Source: Lepidodermella squamata (lineage: Eukaryota; Animalia; Gastrotricha). From it: 64,000 nt of DNA. Under the pieces are notes generated by a model. It saw only the letters and a list, made by a program, of their open reading frames with translations. It was not told the origin of the DNA and ran no database searches. The position numbers were made by a program, and so were the translations under genes. This document shows positions 34,872-46,800 of the stretch, piece after piece (the first letter of the stretch is position 1; every line of letters starts with the position of its first letter). The DNA lies in assembly GCA_047495785.1 (NCBI GenBank), contig JBLDXI010000015.1:868001-932000 (forward strand), written 5' to 3'.

Positions 34872-37190
34872 ATGTTCTTTATGATGATTCTTAGCTTTAC
34901 CGCAAGTTTTTCAGCTGTTAGCAGTTCAACAATGCAAAATAAAAAGCCTTACAAACTTTCCATTCTCGGCTTTGCTTCGCTGACCGGTTTCCCTCCTCTC
35001 GACGGTCTCAGCTGCTTTCCGTCAATGCAGATTCCAATCGATGCGGCTAATAATCAAAGCGATTTCTTACCGGATTATCACGTTGAAATGAGAATGGCGA
35101 CAGAGGGCTTTCTCGGCTATGAGACGCTCAACGGAATCATGGATTACATTGATTCATTCAGCCCAGGCAGCGATGCATATCGATCACCCATCATAGCTGG
35201 CGGATTGCTATCTCCAGGCTGTCTTCCCGCAGCTGCTACTCTTCATCACCTGAACTCCGTGATAATTTGCAACGGTTGCGCGTCCCCATTGGCAACGGAG
35301 AATCGGAAGAAGTACAAAAATTGGTACCTCAGCAGAATGCCCTCGGAAATGATGGCATATCCACGCATCAAACTCGTCAAAGAAATCGGAAAATGGAGTA
35401 GAATTGCCATATTATCGGATAATTCGAATGAATTCGATTACAACAACGGCGCTTTCTTCTACCAAGCTGCGATCAGAGCAAACTTGAGTGTGATTTTGTA
35501 CGATACATTCTCGGAGAGGCCAACCTTTGAAGCAATCGAAGCTTTGCAGAATACGAATGCAAGAATCATTTTCTTCGACGGGAACGGCCCGGCACTCCTG
35601 GACCTCTTCTGCCAGATGTTTTTGCGCGGTTTGGCAGCATCAAGATACGTTGTTTCTGCCCCTACAATAAGCTTCACCAACCCGAAAGATTATCCAGATC
35701 CCTATATGCCCGGTTGCTCTAGGGTGGTCTTGTCTAACCAAATGCGCAGTGCATTTTACATTGGCCCATTTCAATCCGCTGTGGAAAATAATGGGCCGAC
35801 TACGCTGGGATACGACCTACTGGAATTCGAACGCCTATTCGACGCAGCAACTAACAAGCGGCGGTCTGTTGAGTACGTCCTACGACATCGATGCCACGAT
35901 ACGATGCTAGCAGTTCTGGTAGCACTTAACATTACGGAACAAGTATTGAAATCCAGGAAAAACCTGACACTGAGGGATATGGCGCAATATCCGGATATTG
36001 TCATGAATATGGCCAATGAAAGCATGAAGTACGTCGACTTTCGCGGACTTACAGTCGGCCGTCAGAACTACTCAGTCCGGCTTCACGTGGATGACGAGCC
36101 TCAAATAATTGGCCAATGGTCACCTGAACGGGATTACGAAATGGTCTACAAAATCATCCATAAACCTGGCACAGATGTTTTGGATGATTCGACTTATCAA
36201 TCTGTCAAGATTCGGCCTATAGCATGGCAAACTCAGAACGGGAAGCCCCCAAGAGATGGGCCGATCTATCTAACTGAGGATGACAACATTTCCATACGAA
36301 TTACCGCTGCCTTTGTTTCAATAAGTGCGGCTTTATTTCTCGCGCAATCTGTTGCAGCTATCAAGGAGATTCTCAGAGTCAAGTTAAGTTCATCATCTAA
36401 TCCGGGCGTGTTTTGGCATGTGAAAACGACTATTGCCCCTGGGCTGCTATTCTGTGATTTGGCCGCTATTCTATTTGCTGTTCCACTTCAGGCGGTGAAT
36501 GGGAGTTGGATTTGCTATTTGCGAATCGCCTCAGCCGTTTTAGGGCTCAGCATCGTTACAGGGGTTCTTGTAGGCCGTCATTTGATCTATCTTTCAACGT
36601 TCAAAGATTTCAGGGTGAAAAAGCCACCATCGTCTGCATTTATGATGCCGTTAGTGTATTCGGTATCTCACAGCATACCTCCTGGTCGAATATCAGGAAA
36701 GTTTCCCAAACTCCTGCTCTACACTTTCAGCTTTGCCGCGGTCAACGCATTAATCGTCATTTTTTGGTTCGGTTTTGACGGTTTAACTTTTGTTGAAACG
36801 AACACCTTGAACATGCACTATGATTCTTCATCTGACACATTTTTGCAGCTGAATACTCGCTATTGTGATTCGACTTATCAGCTATTTTGGCTTATTACTA
36901 TTCAAGCTATCAACGCTGTTTGGCTGAGCTTAGGCATTATGGTCTCGTATTCATTGAAATCAGCACGGATGAAGATAGCGAACGGCGAGGTTGGTTACGT
37001 TCGGCTTGGACTGGTGAATTCATCGACTCTTTTGTTAGCCGGGCTTGCTGTAATGTTTCTCTTGTCTAAATCACCAACTAACCAATATATAGCTGCTTCA
37101 TTCTTGTTTATTTGCTTCTCGGCTGTGAATACGGCGATTATATTATTCAAAAGCTTCTACATGAATATTCGCCGTCTCTTCGTTCGCTAA
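34872..37190 (+). CDS. Class C GPCR, GABA-B-like (Venus flytrap + 7TM, no Cys-rich domain), intronless, 772 aa
   Basis: Signal peptide MFFMMILSFTASFSAVSSS; VFT hallmarks (FLPDYHVEM, WSRIAILSD, NARIIFF); seven hydrophobic segments; very short C-tail. Confidence 0.85.
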   Translation: MFFMMILSFTASFSAVSSSTMQNKKPYKLSILGFASLTGFPPLDGLSCFPSMQIPIDAANNQSDFLPDYHVEMRMATEGFLGYETLNGIMDYIDSFSPGSDAYRSPIIAGGLLSPGCLPAAATLHHLNSVIICNGCASPLATENRKKYKNWYLSRMPSEMMAYPRIKLVKEIGKWSRIAILSDNSNEFDYNNGAFFYQAAIRANLSVILYDTFSERPTFEAIEALQNTNARIIFFDGNGPALLDLFCQMFLRGLAASRYVVSAPTISFTNPKDYPDPYMPGCSRVVLSNQMRSAFYIGPFQSAVENNGPTTLGYDLLEFERLFDAATNKRRSVEYVLRHRCHDTMLAVLVALNITEQVLKSRKNLTLRDMAQYPDIVMNMANESMKYVDFRGLTVGRQNYSVRLHVDDEPQIIGQWSPERDYEMVYKIIHKPGTDVLDDSTYQSVKIRPIAWQTQNGKPPRDGPIYLTEDDNISIRITAAFVSISAALFLAQSVAAIKEILRVKLSSSSNPGVFWHVKTTIAPGLLFCDLAAILFAVPLQAVNGSWICYLRIASAVLGLSIVTGVLVGRHLIYLSTFKDFRVKKPPSSAFMMPLVYSVSHSIPPGRISGKFPKLLLYTFSFAAVNALIVIFWFGFDGLTFVETNTLNMHYDSSSDTFLQLNTRYCDSTYQLFWLITIQAINAVWLSLGIMVSYSLKSARMKIANGEVGYVRLGLVNSSTLLLAGLAVMFLLSKSPTNQYIAASFLFICFSAVNTAIILFKSFYMNIRRLFVR

Positions 37191-37814
37191 AATGAAAAAA
37201 TCTCGCAAAATAAAGTACGGACGATAATTTTTGCCTCGCAATATTATTTCATTATCTTCCGAACCATGAGGAATTTTTTGACGCGGGTTTCACTGTTCGA
37301 TAGATCCAGTATGGATCCAGTTGCTGAAATTCTCGTTAGAATTGGATCCGAGCAGAAAAACTGGTCGTTTTTGAATTTCATGCTATTTTTGTTAGATAAT
37401 ATGGCAAGAGCTGTTCTTCGCTCTTGCCAGAGGATTCAAGTTTCATTCTGATTGCCCGTGATGGATCTGAGCGACCGATTTCTTAACAGAATACATCTCC
37501 CTAGCTGAAATTGGCAACTTCACCAGGTTGGCACAGATTTACCAAAAAATGTCAAAATGCCATTTCGGATCGCGTTTGGAGGATTGTGAGCTTCCTATGT
37601 CTTCCTCATTGAACTTGACTTGGCTTGACGACGATTGGCTCAATTCGCTGCCAGGAAAATGACGAGATGAAACCTTCCCGCAAGCATGATGCTGGTCCAA
37701 TCTAAATGCCATTTTTGAAAATGGTAAGCTTTTGCTAAAATCGCATGCGGCATTTTCACGACCAGTTTTTCTGCTAGGATCCAATTCTAACGATAATTTC
37801 AGCAAAATGTTTAC

Positions 37815-38016
37815 CATGAGACGTACGATAGGACGCCGCGACTCGTAGAACATCAGAAATAATGTGATTTTTTAATGAGGTGCAAAGTCCAACTTCAAGT
37901 TTTTCTTTTCCTTTTTTTCTTTTATAAAACTGTGAATATTCACACTTCTAGCTCATTGTTTTTGAGGAAATATTATGGAAGCTTCGAAGCCCCGGCGTCC
38001 TATAGTACGTCTCATG
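37815..38016. mobile_element. MITE with 8-bp TSD (P-element- or hAT-type)
   Basis: TIR CATGAGACGTACGATAGGACGCCG (23/24 match); TSD ATGTTTAC at 37807-37814 and 38017-38024. Confidence 0.85.
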
Positions 38017-38289
38017 ATGTTTACCACACACTGTATCTATCGAACAGTGAATTTATTGTCCGTACTTTAGGATAAATAATGATATAAATATTGAAATGCT
38101 TGGTCAGAGTTTTCCCTTAGTCACACTAAACAGGACACTTTGTCTTTAAATGTCCTTTAGTAGGTAAAAACAAAGAAAAAACATGCGTGTCGGCGTGGGA
38201 AATGTTACTTTTGAACCCTTGGAGCAAGATCCGGTTATTTGGAACAAAATTACAGCCTACACAAGCGTCTTTTTCTAGATTTCTTCCTT

Positions 38290-40848
38290 CTAAGAATTTG
38301 TATACATTTTAGACGGCATTGTACAGCTTCTATCCCGCGGAAAAGCCTCGCCTTGCCTAAATTTCAGTGAAAGTGACCCTCGCCTCGAACTGATTCCTTC
38401 AACAGGCATCGCAATTTTTGGCGGAGCAGATCTTTTCCTCGAAAGCAGGCCTACCATAAGTATCGAACAGCAGTAAATGTAGCAAGTCATCACAGCAAAG
38501 ACACTTGGGCCACTTCTGACAACGATAATCGCAATGATAGCTATCACACTCTGCGTGAGTAGTATGTATATAGCAAGCGAGATCGATTTCACAGTGACAT
38601 CGACGGTCACCGTCTTCTCGAGGCTTCTTTTCAGCGCTAGAAATATGCCGACTGCGAACACGACAGCCTGTAATGCAAGAGGCCCAATTAGCCATGCAGC
38701 TGAGGAATCTCCCAGCGTGCAAGTTAGCCATTTTTCGTGCACTATCAAATCATCATCAAAGCGATCGGCATATGCCTCCTCGTAGATTATTAGTACTGGC
38801 GAGCCGCCGATTTGGTACCATAAGATGAGTAGTACAGATTCAACCAAGATGGCGAGAATCATTATCTTCAAACATTTGAAACACTTGAGAGAATTTCTCA
38901 CTGCAGCAGTGGTGGTTCGAATTCTCGCTCTTCCAACGGCGCCACTTTTTGGCTTCGCAAGTGCAGACGACAGGGATAAAGTCATAAGAAATAAGCCAAA
39001 AATGAAAATTAACGGCGCACTGTAGCAAAAATTTGCTACAAATTCCGTAGTAGCTTTGTAGGGGTAAGTGAACGCTGTTGATTGAACTAAAATGCAACCG
39101 AGGACAGAAGATTTCAACTCGAATGGAAAGATGAAGGCATTGCCCGCTTTCACTTCTCGAAATGCCTTTGGTAAGTCGTGGAAATGGATTACTAGAAGTG
39201 AGATGATCAAACCACTTGAAATCACGTAGCTAGTTATGACGACCCAGCTAGGAACTTCTCGATGAACTGAAACATCAACAGACCGACTTCGAGGTGGTCC
39301 TCCGTTGAAAGTGTCCCATTTAGGGGGAATCCTAACTTGGAAACGGTCGACCAACCTCGGCGCGGTCAGGTTGTTATAGGACCAAACTGTTTTTCTAACA
39401 CCATTTTGGACCTGATCGACGATGATAACAGGGGTCGTGGATTCAGTTGTATTTGGCATGAAAGCCGTGCGGCCGTTTAGACCATAAACCTCAAGGGTAA
39501 CCGTCTTCAGCCTGATCAACTCCGTCAGCTCTTCTCGTCTCGATTCTGCTAAAATTAGGTCTTTCAAAGTTTCATTTCCTGTAACAGCCAAGATTTATAT
39601 GATTGATAGAAAGCTTTTATGCGGCATACTTCTGTTTAGCTCAATTTCGACGTTGTGCAAAATGTGAGCAGCGGCGTGAACCATTTCAAATGCGAAAATC
39701 CGCCACGAGAAGGTTGATGTCCTCGGAACTCCGCGGGTCTTGTTAGCCAGATAATCGTTGTAGAACTTCAGACTTATCCCGGTCTGACTTATTGTTTTCT
39801 CGGGATCTAAGGACAGCCCCTCGTTATCAGCCCCAATGTAAAGAGACCGCTCTGCAAATCGGTCTGTCATCGATTTGTCACAGCCATCCGGTCGCTGTAG
39901 CCCAGGGCTGAGAAGCTCGGTGGCTGTTCTGAATACCCAGACGTATTTAGGCCCGTGAAGGCCGATGTTAAGAGCAGTACAAGCGATTTTTGGGCAGACG
40001 TTGACGAAACATGTTGCGAAGATGATTCGCGAATCGGAAGCTTTGACCCGATACAGGGCATCGGTTGGATCATCGAAGAAGAACTCCTGGACTCCGATCT
40101 CGATATTCCGCTGTTGCAGCATTTTCATCATCCCAAAAGCGTCCTAAAAAGGCGAAAATCATTAGCTAAAGATTCACATGGGGAATTTTACCAGAAAAGA
40201 GACTTGAATTGCGTCCGAAACAATTGCAACCTTGTCCCAGTTCATGAGATCGAAGAATTGGCCTCGAATATCGGAAACCCGAGCAAGGGATGGCAAGAAA
40301 CGGTAGAAATTCGGAAATTTCTTTCGGTCACTCAACGACGGGTCATTGCAACCAGTTACCATGTCGATGAAGCCGAAATGGTGCGGAAACTTTGCCGCAG
40401 CCACGCAAGCTGCAGAACAGATCCCGCCGACGAACAGCGGTGGCACATAACCAATTTTCGCAGTTTCCTTCGTGAACTTCGAATTCAAGGGTTGGAATAC
40501 ACCGAATTCGGTTGAATTTGTTGTTGATAAGTCTCGCATAGGTTTGTAGTTGGTGAACAGGTTAACGGCCGCTCGAACAGCCGGACTGTCCGTACATTTA
40601 TCATCGGCTACGTCCAGGACCAAGTTGTACCCGGGTAGGACTTGATTGCCGCCGTTTATCGTGTCTAGGACTAGCTGAACTGTCTCGGTTGCAAAGGGAC
40701 CCATAGGCTGGACTGTCCCGCCCAGAGGCAACATGACCGGTAATAGAATGGTGAAATTCTTGTTGAGACTTGCAAGCTGGCATTGTAAGAGTGGCAGGTA
40801 AGCCGATAACAGTAACAATATGGTCTTTGCTGTCTGTTCGAAATTCAT
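38290..40848 (-). CDS. Class C GPCR, GABA-B-like, 815 aa (exons 40848-40204, 40143-39630, 39578-38290)
   Basis: Signal peptide; VLPGYNLVLDVADDKC, PSLSDRKKFPNFYR, DSRIIF and GLHGPKYVW are GABA-B-type VFT motifs; 7TM in exon 3; introns of 60 and 51 nt. Confidence 0.9.
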
Positions 40849-41558
40849 TCTTCGTAGTGAGAAGATGCGCCCTATAATAAAGCTCGTGCGAAGGTTCATT
40901 CCTCGGCTAATTATCGATATTTTGACTGCAAATGCGCTCGAACTCTGTAGTATTCTCAATTAGGGCTTTGATTGTCGTGGCTTTTGATGCAGTGTATCAC
41001 ACTTGAATGCGTAATTAGGCTAAGGCTTAAGACATGAACTGTCAGGGCTTTGGAAGCATGCCTATATATACCTAGAATTCAAATGCAGGATTCAACTTTC
41101 CATATTCAAAATTTCAGATTTTTTCGGTATATAAAGCGTGGCCTTTTAATGGCTTCCGGAATGTATTTTTCTTGCTTCAGCTTTCAGGATAACCTAGCCT
41201 TCATGATTTGGGAACATTTCATCGTGTCATAATTACCCAAAAATGTCAAGCTTTCCTGTAATTATGCTCCGACTATGCGTCCAAGTCTCAATTTTTCTAT
41301 TATATTTATATCGAACCGGCAATAAATTGTTTCTAATTCTTTCAAGAAAAGACAATACATTTGCTCAGTGACGCTAATTTTAATCAGCAAATGACGATGG
41401 CTAAATTATGCTTTAATCACGCCGTGACGTAATTAAATTCGTAAATACGTCGCAATTACGGGAGATTTCACCGCTTATTGCTTCGATTAAACTCTCACCT
41501 AAACAAAGTCAGTGAATAGCTTTCATTTTTATTGTTTATTTTTCTTACAACGATAAAA

Positions 41559-42827
41559 ATGGGTTATAGTAAGGCAAGAAACCGCCGAATGCCGTCGAAA
41601 ATGTCTCGTCCCGATTTCTATGGCCAACTAGGCGTTCCGAATACGGCAACGATGGCTGAGATCAAGTCGGCATATCGAAAGTTGGCCCTTCAACACCACC
41701 CGGACAAGGCCGAGTCGCACGAGGCGGCATGTGAGCGCTTTCGACTCATCCACGAGGCCTACAAGGTGCTGAGTGATGTGGATCAGCGACGCACCTACGA
41801 CGAGGCGATGGGCTATCACAGCACGGCCTCGGCAGAGCAATATCACGATGATGAAGAAACCAATTTCCACATGAAGTAAAATTAGTTATTGACCAGAAAT
41901 TTTCTTTAGAGAAAATTAAAAAAATTATGAAAATTCAGTATAAGCTGGAATAATCAATTTTTGAACCCCAAAAATGTTTTCCACAATTATATATTATTAG
42001 ACTGAGCGAATCGAGCTGATTAATTTGGTATATACCTTGAAAAATGTTTTTTCCAAAGTCATTGCATCAATTTTTGCCGGCTTGACCCAGTTTTTTATAT
42101 CATTTTCGCACGTTTTATTACCCCTCATTTTATTGCAGTGCGGAATTTTTCGGCGATGCGAATTTCGATGAGGAGAGTTTCGAGCGTTTTCGGAGCTTTT
42201 ACGCAAACATGACGAGTGGGATGGCGAATAATATTAGCGGCAAGCCACGCGCCGAGTTCGTCAATAAGCCGCGCAGCGGACCGCATCAGCAGCGAAACGT
42301 GACTTTCGACCTGCCTAAGAAATACACGCTACCGTTACTGGTAAATCTAATTAGTTAATTAGTTAATTAGTTAATTAGTTAAAAAGTTTCTCACGGTAAT
42401 TACGGTAATATATGAAATACGAAATTAATTCTCATTTATTAATTAAATTTGGAAAAATTTCAGAAAAATATTTATTAATTAATTAATTTTGTATCCATTT
42501 ATTAATTTTTAGGAAATTCTGAATCCATCCGGGGTGACTTTTCACCGCCTTCTCTGCGCCAGTCTGGCCGGGCTCGTTGTCCTGCTCAGCTTTTCATTCG
42601 GCGTCACGCCTCGCTTGGCTTCAATTGTCACGCTGCAAACTGATGACTCATCGGTCATTCCGACCAGCCACGCCGTTTTTCTCTCGATCTTAACGAATAT
42701 CGGCCTCATTCTGCCGATTTATTTCATCGCCAATCGCCTCAGCTCGTTTATTTTAATCGAAAAATGCGGCTGGTACACCTGTTTGCTTTATGACATGTTC
42801 GCACCACAGACTACCATAGGCCAGTAG
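41559..42827 (+). CDS. Membrane-anchored J-domain protein 3, 277 aa (exons 41559-41875, 42139-42340, 42513-42827)
   Basis: DFYGQLGV...IKSAYRKLALQHHPDK...IHEAYKVLSD; in-frame splicing to two hydrophobic helices. Confidence 0.88.
42348..42382. repeat. (TAATTAGT)4 tandem repeat in an intron
   Basis: Direct reading. Confidence 0.9.
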
Positions 42828-42911
42828 AAAAAAACAATGAAAATTATTCACGTGCAATAAATAAATCCCTTCGCCGTTTAATTTTATTGAATAAGTAATT
42901 TCGTTATTTTA

Positions 42912-43898
42912 TCAAAGGACGATGGAAGATGCAACTGCTGATAGCAGGGTGTTGCGGTGATAGCGACGGGTATGTTGGCGAACATGAGCTGTGGTCGAGC
43001 TGGATTAAAAAAAATCGAAAAACTATTTAAATAAATACAAATTAGTTTATCAAAATTTCTATACATTTTTATATTTTGGGATTAACCATGGATCATGGAT
43101 GGAATTAACAATTGGATAAGCGTCAAAAACAGAAAATCCTCCAGTTTAAAGAAATTTGAGTAATTTTCAAATTTCAGTATATTTTAAATATTTCAATTTT
43201 GAAATAATTTCTGTAATTTTTGAATTTTACCTGTAATTGCAAAGCGGGCATTTTGCGCGACGTTTAAAAGCATTTTGACCTTCGCTTTTCACGGTTGAAT
43301 GAACACTCGATTGAAACGATGATGTTTGCAGATCGTTGTTCGAATGTTGCGGTTGCGATTGATGGAGGCGCGCATGGGTTCGAATTTCGACTGGTTTCTG
43401 CGTTGTGTAGTCACACTCGGGACATTTATAAGTCCGCCGCGTGTTGTGTACCCGGCGCATGTGCTCGTCCAGTTTCGAACCACTTCGAGTGGTATACGGG
43501 CACAGTGAACACGTTCTCAACAAATCAGCCTAAATTTGAAATTTGAAAAAATACGGGAAAAAATTTAACATTCGAAATTTTACCTCAAGCTGATTTTCGA
43601 ATTCGTGATGCTTCTGACTTGCTGGCGGGAAATACTGGTCGAATTCGGAAGCGTCGATATCGAAATTCAGGGCATCTTCAATTTTGATCGAGTTATTCGG
43701 AACGACGAATTCGAAAGATGATTCACAAGTCGGAACTAGCTGGTGCTGATATCGATTTGAGCAATCAAGCGTGTCGGTCCAGAAAATCGCATTCTTATTT
43801 GCGCTCGGGAACTGCTGATTGGTCGTGTGATGATTTTGAAAATAAGCGCAACTTGGAAAATCGGTATAAGCCCGATTGCTATTAGTGGAAGGATTCAT
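42912..43898 (-). CDS. C2H2 zinc-finger protein, 3 fingers, 233 aa (exons 43898-43584, 43529-43231, 42999-42912)
   Basis: CSLCPY...HMRRVH, CPECDY...HARLH and CPLCNY|SSTTAHVRQHTRRYH; the third finger is completed across the intron. Confidence 0.85.
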
Positions 43899-46800
43899 TT
43901 TAAATTTCAAATTAAAATTACAGGAAAGCAATTAGTTAAAGAGATTGATTTTCAGGTAAAAATAAGGACGAATCAGTAATTACATAGGTGACGAAAGAGG
44001 CGTTTGCCAAGTTACAGTCACGCGATCAAAATGGGTGACGCGCGCAGTGGGTTGACACCAGCAATTTTCATTAAAAGGTGTAATAAAAATTGTGCGCGTG
44101 AAATCAGGTCACGCAAAACATGCGCGCGCGTGACCTAATATAAATCATCACCAGCAGCATGACCAAAATGAATGATGACACACACCTTACAAGGTGTCAA
44201 TAGATAGCAATTCATTTACCGATTTCTGAGTTATTTAACAGAATATTCAAGATTTTACAATCAATCAAAGTGGGTTGACATAAAATTATTGCCGATTACG
44301 ATGAAAAAATTGAAAATATTTCGGCTGAATTTTTAATTGCAATTATTTCTCAATTTTCCAATTTTTTGTATTCAATTTTAAATCAATTAATCACCTTTAT
44401 AATATGGTAAGGACAGCTTTTCTCGTCTTCAATTATTTTATTACTTCAAGTCAGTCGACGGCCTATTTCACGTCACTCTGTTATCAATCTGATCGAAAAC
44501 GTGAGCGATAACGTTAATATCCCCGCGTCGCTGGTTATATTTGTCGAACCAGCCTTATCGACATCACCAAAACTCGCCATGGCTAAGCTTTGAAACGCCC
44601 TGATGTATCACGCGCCTTTCGCTGTCACCCATACGCATTATCACCTGTCACTGGAGTGTTATTATTCAAACACTCGATTATTTTTGTTATTACAGCCACT
44701 CATCGTTGCAGTAATAACAGCCAAATCTATGAAATTGGCTGCAATAATAACAAAAGAAACAGTTGAGCCCGCGTGCGCTTGCTTCAAGGGGTGCACACGG
44801 CGCCCTGGGCGCTGCGTGCCGTCACCCGGACGGCGGCACCCGGGTCACGTGCTTGACGGGCGGCCCGTTGAAACCAGTTTTAGATGGCAATAAATATTCG
44901 GAGAATAATTCAACGCTAAAACAATATTTTTATAATAAAATTAAGAAAAATCTTAAAAATTTTTAAAATTCGGGGGACACTGCACCCCATTTCTTGAGGT
45001 GGATTGAATTATTCAAATATTATTTAATCTCTTTTTCTTTACAAATTTGAGCATCCACATGTTGACAACTTCATTACAGGCGCGAAAATTAATTTGTTAA
45101 TTAAATAACCGCAATTATTCTTTTTGTTATAAGGTGAAAAATGACCAAAAGTGTGAAATTTTTTACATCTTTTCCATCAGATTAACTTTTCCTTCACTTA
45201 ATTTCGTCATCGCAGGTGAAATGAGAGTCAAGCTCAATGATGGTCGTAAAACGCAACCTGTGACACTAATTATTATTACCTGGCACTTTCGTTTTTAACT
45301 GCCAAATAATAAGCTGCAATTCATCATAATTGCGCTACAAAATTCACAACGATGCAGGCTTTAATCCGTTGATTGGCGTTGTATTAGTGTCAAAATTCGA
45401 CAGTTGCGGAAGCGCACGTGCACCGGATTATCGTACCAGGCCCGGAACATGCGACCAGGGCCCTTGACCTCGCCACATGACGGTCCGCCCTGACCCTCAT
45501 CGAAATTCCAAAATGTGGGACAGTGCCGAATTTCATCGCGAACGATACTACAGGTAATTCTTGGGGGCTGTAGCGTAAATAAACACAGTTAAAATAGACA
45601 GCGAGAGAAATAGCGCGCGTATTTATTTTAACAAGTCGAAGATTTTTTGTTTAACATTATTATTTCGCGGCGCGGCAAGCGCATTCTGATTAGTCGTTTT
45701 GTTTACCCGTCTTCCGGCGCGGCGCGAAAGCACAGGCGCATCTTTTCTTCATCTCCGACAGCTCGTCTGGTAGCATAGAAAATTGCATAAAACAAAAGGC
45801 GGCTGGTTTTACAACGTGCGTGAAGAGCCCTTCAATAAAATCTCATCTGACCTACTGCGTACGCAATTAGTAGTGTAGGAGTGTGTGCGTTATCTCCTCA
45901 CTCGGTCAAAAGGCAGGTGGTTGAAACACATGCTTGTCTGCTGATTGATCGCCGCGATTCCTAAATCCCTTCATGTTGTAATACAGCAATAAAACGCGTT
46001 TTTAAATCATCCACCTTAATCTGGCACATCATCGTTTCGCTGTAAAATTAATCCGCGCTGTAACGGTCGAATTTTGTTGGCATTTTCCACCTGTGGCTCG
46101 CGAGCTAATCGAGGTGCGAGAGAGGCCGGTTTCGAAAAATAAACACACCCTCGTGTGATTGGCGTGCTGGCCTGGTCGCCCCGGGCGGGCGCCACTTCGT
46201 CGCCGGCTGCGGAATTCCGGCACCTGTGCTGCGTTTCAGTCACCCGTGCTCGATTAGGGCCAATTATCACGCAAAATTGACCGGTATCATCTTTCAAACA
46301 CCGCCATTTAATTGATAGCCGGCGTCTCCGCGGCAGAGATGGCGCCAACTTTCGGCAGGTACCATCTGTTTTTCGCGCCGTAGTAAATAACCGCGCGCGC
46401 AAGTTAATTTTATTATTTAATTATTTATTTCACCGGAAATTTCACGTTTTCTCAATTTATCAGGAATAGCCACTCGAGTTGCTAGTTTCCGTTGTCTATT
46501 ATTGAATATTCAATAGCGTGGCGGGGTTTATCTGCGTAGCGGGGCGCCAGCGCACGTCCCTATACGATACGAGGCGAGATAATCTCATCCCCTTAATAAT
46601 TGCATCTGATGATGATGCGATTAACGCTCCTCTTGAAATCGCGCACGTGTTTATAGATTAGTAGACTATCAAATTTTACGACCAAGACGGCGGCGGTTCG
46701 AGAGCTGCGCGCGACAGTAATTTGTCACCACCGGTCACTTTATTAATAAATGTCCTCCTTAATATAAATAATCGTCGTCAATAATTACGATTACTCTCTT

